NCBI GenBank assembly: GCA_043228905.1
Contig: JBHGNT010000003.1
Coordinates: forward strand, 5,456,001-5,520,000
Source: Azolla caroliniana
Taxonomy: Eukaryota > Plantae > Polypodiophyta
Length of the DNA stretch: 64,000 nucleotides
Direction of reading: 5' to 3'
Positions 58,175 to 64,000 of the stretch are shown in pieces. The notes beneath the pieces were generated by a model that did not search any database, was not told the origin of the DNA, and worked only from the letters and a program-made list of their open reading frames with translations. The translations under genes and the position numbers were made by a program. Positions within the stretch are counted from its first letter, which is position 1, and every line of letters starts with the position of its first letter.

Positions 58175-60184
58175 TTTCATGATATGGCAAGACTCGAACC
58201 CATGACCTTATGTTATATGGGTCGAGCTCTTGACCATCATACCATCTATTGTAATACGTAAGATATTATTTTCATTTAAATTTTATTATAGGAAATTAAT
58301 GTATATTCCAGATTTCTCTGTAACATTCTAGAAGCTTCAGGATTACTCCTGAGAACACTATAAAAGAAGGCACTAGGCATTATGTTGAACCAAATTGGTT
58401 CAGCGCCAGCCTTAAGCCTCATAGCCATCTTGTACTTACTCTTCCTATAATATATCATCTGTTATCATCATCTCTCTCTCTCTCGTCCTCACTATCTCTC
58501 TCTCTCTTCTCTTTTCTCTCTCTCGGGAGTCTTACACAGTTCCATCCTCTTAGTACTAATAGTACTTCCCTCCTCTAGTATGAATTCTCTCTGTTTTAGT
58601 ACTATTCCTGACGGTTTGAACCAATTTTCTCTCTCTAGTCTTTCTTTTGTTTCCCTCGGCCTCTTATCCTTTTCCTATACAATGGCTTTTGTTAGCGCCC
58701 AAGAATACCAATCTGTTTTCTCCGAGCTACAGTGTCTAAAAGAAAAATTTGTTGCCTTGGAATAAGAAAACCAATCGTTGTTAGGGGATCTTCAACAAAT
58801 CGCTCTAGAAAAACAACAAACGCAGCAAGAACATGGGGAGTTGCAACAACAACATGGGGAGTTAGCGTTACGTGTGCAACAACTCGAATCAGCGTTGCAA
58901 CAACAAGGATCAAGTCCCCACGGATTTCATAAAGAACCCAAGATTGGACTTCCTATGAAATTTGATGGAATGCGATCGCAATTTAGGGGATTCGTCAATT
59001 AGGTATGCTTAGTCATTCAAATGCATACTTCTCGATACCCCATTGATGCATCCCGAGTCGGCTGAATAGGCACGTTGCTTAGCGGCTCAGCCTTGGCATG
59101 GTTTGCTCCGCTTCTGGAAAAACAATCTCCCTTACTTAATAACTTTGAAGACTTTATTAGTAAGTTTAAAGCTTGCTTTGGAGATACAGACAACATCCGG
59201 ACGGCGATCAACAAAATCCGATGATTGCGTCAAGCCGATCGTCCAACCTTTGCCTACATGGCGTATTTCCGTCTACTCGCTTTAGATATCCCCTGGGATG
59301 ATCAAGCACTAATGGAGCAGTTTTGCTACGGCCTACGAAACGATGTCAAAGATCTACTTCTAACCTTCCTCAAAGAACCAAAGTCTCTTACAGAGGCAAT
59401 CCGTCGAGCGGTTTGATGTGACAACCGCCTTTTTGAACGGCGTTCGGAACGTTAATTACAAATACCACACTCTAGGCCGGAGCCCACTTACGCCTCAGTC
59501 GCGGCTAAACCATTTGCACGAGACATACCTCAAGGAAATACTCTGACACCGATGGAGATCGACACCATGCGTCGACGTGGCCCGTTATCGGAAGAAGAAA
59601 AGCAACGACGACGTGCAAACTGATTATGTCTTTATTGCGGTGGACCAGGGTTAATCACAATCAAATGTCCCCATAGGCCAAGAAGACAGGTAAATCAAAT
59701 CGTAGCCTGTACTAAACCCGAATCAATTCTTCCCTTAGGAGTGTCTAATAGTATTAATAATACTAATAGCCTAAGTATCTCAAACAAATTTGAAATCCTT
59801 AGTCAATTAGATGAAGAGTTAAACGATTGAGTCCAACCAAAATAGGAGCCATTTGGTTGGACAGCCCTAGATCTGTACAGCCCATTAGTGGTTCCATTCC
59901 CTCCAAGCAAGTTAGCAATGTGTTCCTAGCCCAAGTCATGGTTAGTACTAAAAGTACTCCCCTAGTACACGTCCTAGCACTTCTAGATTCCGGAGCTAAT
60001 TCCTATTTCATGGATCGAAAGTTTGCCCAAGCTTCTCAGATATCCTTAAGAAAACTTCCTTGCCCCACATCTATAATAGTCATTGATGGTCGTCCCATTG
60101 CTTCCGGGAATATTGTAGAAGAGTTTGTCCCATTCAAGTTGTCCTAGGTAGTTTTGTGTGTGTAGTAGCATTTAATATAATTAG
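58175..60184 (+). mobile_element. Second, older copy of the Tcn1-like family (5' LTR 58175-58613, gag, protease)
   Basis: Collinear with 27997-30015, with many stops. Interrupted at 60184 by another LTR. Confidence 0.9.
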
Positions 60185-63100
60185 TGTCATGATAACAGTC
60201 ACATCATGCATCGAAAGGATCATGACACTCACATTATGACTCGAAAGGATTTGAACCCATGACCTTGTTGTACACATGTCAAATCCTTAACCATTGTATT
60301 AATATTCTTATATGTATAGTCTCTAGAATATGAAATCTAATATCATAGGAATATTCTATATTACTCTACATTCTAGAATGACCTAGAATATTCTAGAGTG
60401 TTCTATACCACTAGAACCTTCTAGAATACTCTAGAGATCTTCTAGATTACTCTACATTCTAGGATAACCTAGAATATTCTAGAGAGTTCTTTATTACTTA
60501 TAAATAGGGATCTACCACCCATCCCAAACCTAAATTGGTTCCATTTCATCAAATCAAGTGAGTCGAGTTTTTTCAGCACAAGTCGAGCTTACCACATCTA
60601 CATGTCATCGAGTCCTAGCCTCTGCCCTTCTAGATTCAGGAGCCAACTCTTGTTTCATGGATCGTGAATTTGCCTTGTCACAAAACATCCTCTTGAATAA
60701 GCTTCCCAACCCAGTAGCCGTAGGAGTCATCGATGGACGTCCCATAGCATCAGGAGATATAGTCGAGGAGTCCGAGCCAATTAGGATAGTTCTTGGCAAT
60801 TTGGCAAGCATAATCTCTTTCAATATTATTCGTAGTCCGGACCACCCAATAGTTCTAGGTCTCCCCTGGTTTGAACTCCATAACCCGAAGATTGATTGGA
60901 TGAAAAGAACAATTGAGGAGACTCGGGAAAAAAGCACAAATCCCGCATCCCTCTCTCCTACATGTGCTAATAGATCCCCGGAGTTGTCGCCCATCTCTTT
61001 ACGACAGTTGCGGGAGGAAGGGGGGAACGAGGCCATGTTCGTCTTCGCAATAGTAGCAACTCCATCATCCACTTCACGTGACGCGGATATTAAACTACCA
61101 GAGAAATACAAGGAGTTTTCAGATGTCTTTGATAAGGTGAAGGCCAATACATTGCCGGAGCATCGGCCATACGACTGCCCTATTGACTTACAACCAGGGA
61201 AAGAACCTCCATGGGGCCCAATTTATAATCTCTCCCCTGTAGAGCTAGAGACTTTGCGGGAATATATTGATGAGAATCTGGCAAACGGATTCATTCGGCA
61301 TTCTAGATCCCCTGCTGGTGCACCTATCTTCTTCGTTAAGAAGAAGAATGGGACTCTTCGGTTGGTCGTGGATTATCGAGGGCTAAACAAAGTGACTATC
61401 CGAAATAGATATGCTCTACCATTAATCCCGAATCTTTTGGAACGTCTCAGTGGTGCAAAATATTTCACGAAGTTGGACCTTCGTGGAGCATATAATCTAG
61501 TTCGGATTCGCCCGGGGGATGAATGGAAGACAGCTTTCCGCACTCGCTATGGACATTTTGAGTATACAGTGATGCCATTTGGTCTCACGAATGCACCTGC
61601 TGTTTTCCAACATATGGCGAACGATATTTTTCGAGATTTTCTTGATATCTTCACTATAGTTTACCTAGATGATATTTTAATCTACTCAAAGACCCAAGAG
61701 GAGCATGATGCACATGTTCGTCAAGTACTATGCCGACTCCGAGAATATGGTCTCTACGCAAAACTAGAAAAGTGTAGTTTCGGCCAGAATCAAGTGGAAT
61801 TTTTGGGGTATGTTGTATCGTCAAATGGTATTGCTATGGACCCCATGAAGGTACAGGCAATTTTAGAGTGGCAAACGCCCCTTTCAGTGCGTGATGTGCA
61901 ATGTTTTCTCGGGTTTGCAAATTTTTATCGGAAATTTATTAAAGATTATTCCAAGGTTGTGCTTCCGCTTACTCAACTCACACATAAAGATCAACCATTT
62001 ATATGGAGTTCAGATGCATCCGAGGCATTCGAAAGCTTAAAACGAGCATTTACAACGGCACCTATCTTAGCACATGTCGACCCAACAAAACGCTTCATCC
62101 TCGAAGCCGATGCATCCGATTTTGCACTAGGGAGTGTCCTCTCGCAGACTGGAGATGATGGACAACTACACCCTGTCGCCTTTCATTCACAAAAGTTTGA
62201 AGCTGCAGAGATCAACTACGAGATCCATGACAAAGAGCTTCTTGCAATCGTGGATTCGTTTCAACAATGGCGACATTTCCTAGAAGGTTCTTCTCAGCAG
62301 ATCATTGTCTACAATGATCATAAGAACCTGACTTATTTCCAAAATGCTCGAGTCTTGAGTCGGCGACAAGCCCGGTGGGCGCAATTTTTGACTCACTTCG
62401 ACTTTATCATCATATATCGCCCTGGGATGCAGCAAGGCAAAGCAGATGCTCTTTCTCGGCGCTCTTATATGGAACTTCGTCCAGGGGAACCTGCTTTTGA
62501 GCATCAAAAACAAATCCTTTTGGGTCCTAATCAATTACGATTAATGGTAGTTAATGCCATAACAGCTCTTGAAAATTCCACTCTTCTTGATTCCATTCGA
62601 GATCATATGGCCACTGATGATTTCGCCAAGGATGTTTTGGATCATATCGTCCCGGATCGTGCTTCTTGCTCACAGTCGAAAAATCCTCGTAATGACTATT
62701 GTCAGTTCTATTGGCATGATGGTTTTCTATTTCGACAAAATTTATTGTATGTTCCTGATGGTCCCCCACGGCTACAAGTTTTGCAACATTGCCATGACTC
62801 ACCAATGGCTGGTCATTTTGGAGTTCACAAGACTCTAGAATTAATTTCTCGACGCTATTGGTGGCCTCGCCTTCGTCATTTTGTTGAGGAGTATGTTCGG
62901 AGTTGTGATATATGTTGTCGATCAAAGAATCCTCGTCACCGACCCTATGGCTTACTACAACCACTTCCCATTCCGGAAACACCTTGGAAGTCTATATCCT
63001 TGGACTTCATTACTGATCTCCCAGTTTCAAAAGGTTTTGATGCAATTCTCACAGTGGTTGATCGATTTACCAAAATGGCACATTTCTTGCCATGTACAAA

Positions 63101-64000
63101 GTCAATTACTAGTCAAGAGACGGCTGATCTCGTTATGCGGGAGGTATTTAAGCATCATGGTCTGCCAGATGATATTATTAGTGATCGTGGTCCACAATTC
63201 ATCTCAAAGTTTTGGAAGCACCTGTTCAAACTTCTCCACATTTCAGTTAAGCTTTCTTCGGGCTATCATCCTGAAACAAATGGTCAAACAGAGCGTACCA
63301 ACCAGACATTGGAACAATATCTTCGTTGTTTCATCAACTATCAACAAGATGATTGGGTTGCATTTTTGCACTTGGCGGAATTCGCTTACAACAACTCAGC
63401 CCATTCTTCTACAGGATATTCCCCATTTTTCGCAAATACGGGCTGTCATCCTCGATGGACGATGAATGCGCATCCAGAAGTTCCTACCAACCCTGCTGCC
63501 GAGGATCGTCTTAGTCGCCTCCAAGAAATTCAAGCTAACATTCTCCACAATTTGCACGATGCTCAATTTACACACAAGAGGCTTGCCGATCGTCATCGTC
63601 TAGACTCCTCAAAAAAGTTCCGCATTGGGGATCATGTATGGCTTCTCCAACACAACATCAAGACCACTCGACCTTGCAATAAATTGGATTACCAACGTTT
63701 TGGCCCTTACATGATCACTGGTAAGATAAGTGATGTTGCATTTCGTCTTGACCTCCCTCCGCACATGCATCTTCATCCGGTGTTTCATGTATCCCTTTTG
63801 GAACCTTATACTACAAGTTCAATTCCGGGCCGTCTTACGACACCCCCACCACCTGTCGAGTTCTTGGACGGGCCTGAATTTGAAGTTGCTGCCGTTCTCG
63901 ATTCTAAAATCGTGCGCAACAAGTTGTATTACTTGGTCGATTGGCTAGGCTATACCCCCAATGATCGAACTTGGGAACCTGCCACAAATCTTTCCAATGC
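60185..64000 (+). mobile_element. Third chromovirus (related family): partial 5' LTR fused to pol; runs off the window
   Basis: TGTCATGA LTR start and TATAAATA at 60499; protease follows directly at ~60609. Confidence 0.88.
60609..64000 (+). CDS. pol: Pol (PR-RT-RH-INT-chromodomain), apparently open to the window end
   Basis: LLDSGA at the start and the chromodomain EFEVAAVLDSK...YLVDWLGY...RTWEP at the end share one frame. VYLDD is intact. The ORF track reports no stop-terminated ORF in this frame. Confidence 0.85.

Overview
This is eukaryotic, plant-type DNA made almost entirely of nested transposons. The mix of Tcn1-like chromoviruses, Phygy/Athila-like gypsy and a Chlamys/Coprina-like Penelope element suggests a bryophyte or other non-seed plant (inference). 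I see no intact host gene. Bases 1-1690 hold a decayed, intron-containing gene for a prokaryote-type beta-class DNA amino-methyltransferase (m6A/m4C family), which the ORF track misses. From 3.9 to 39.5 kb there is a six-deep nest. A minus-strand gypsy is hit by Tnt1-like copia D. D carries a full-length gypsy with a ~1000-codon extra ORF, the near-intact copia E, and a solo LTR with a 4-bp CCGG TSD. That solo LTR holds a Tcn1-like chromovirus, which holds copia F, which holds a 75-bp CCGG-flanked mini-element. The rest has an unusual gypsy pol, more copia and gypsy fragments, a Penelope-like RT, a hAT-like MITE, an L1 3' end and two more chromovirus copies. Notable signals are the methyltransferase, antisense tRNA-like A/B boxes in chromovirus LTRs, self-priming and -1 frameshift signals, a CCGG-targeting LTR family, and a gypsy family with a hairpin where the polypurine tract should be. 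Coordinates were read by eye, and family names rest on motif recognition rather than database searches.
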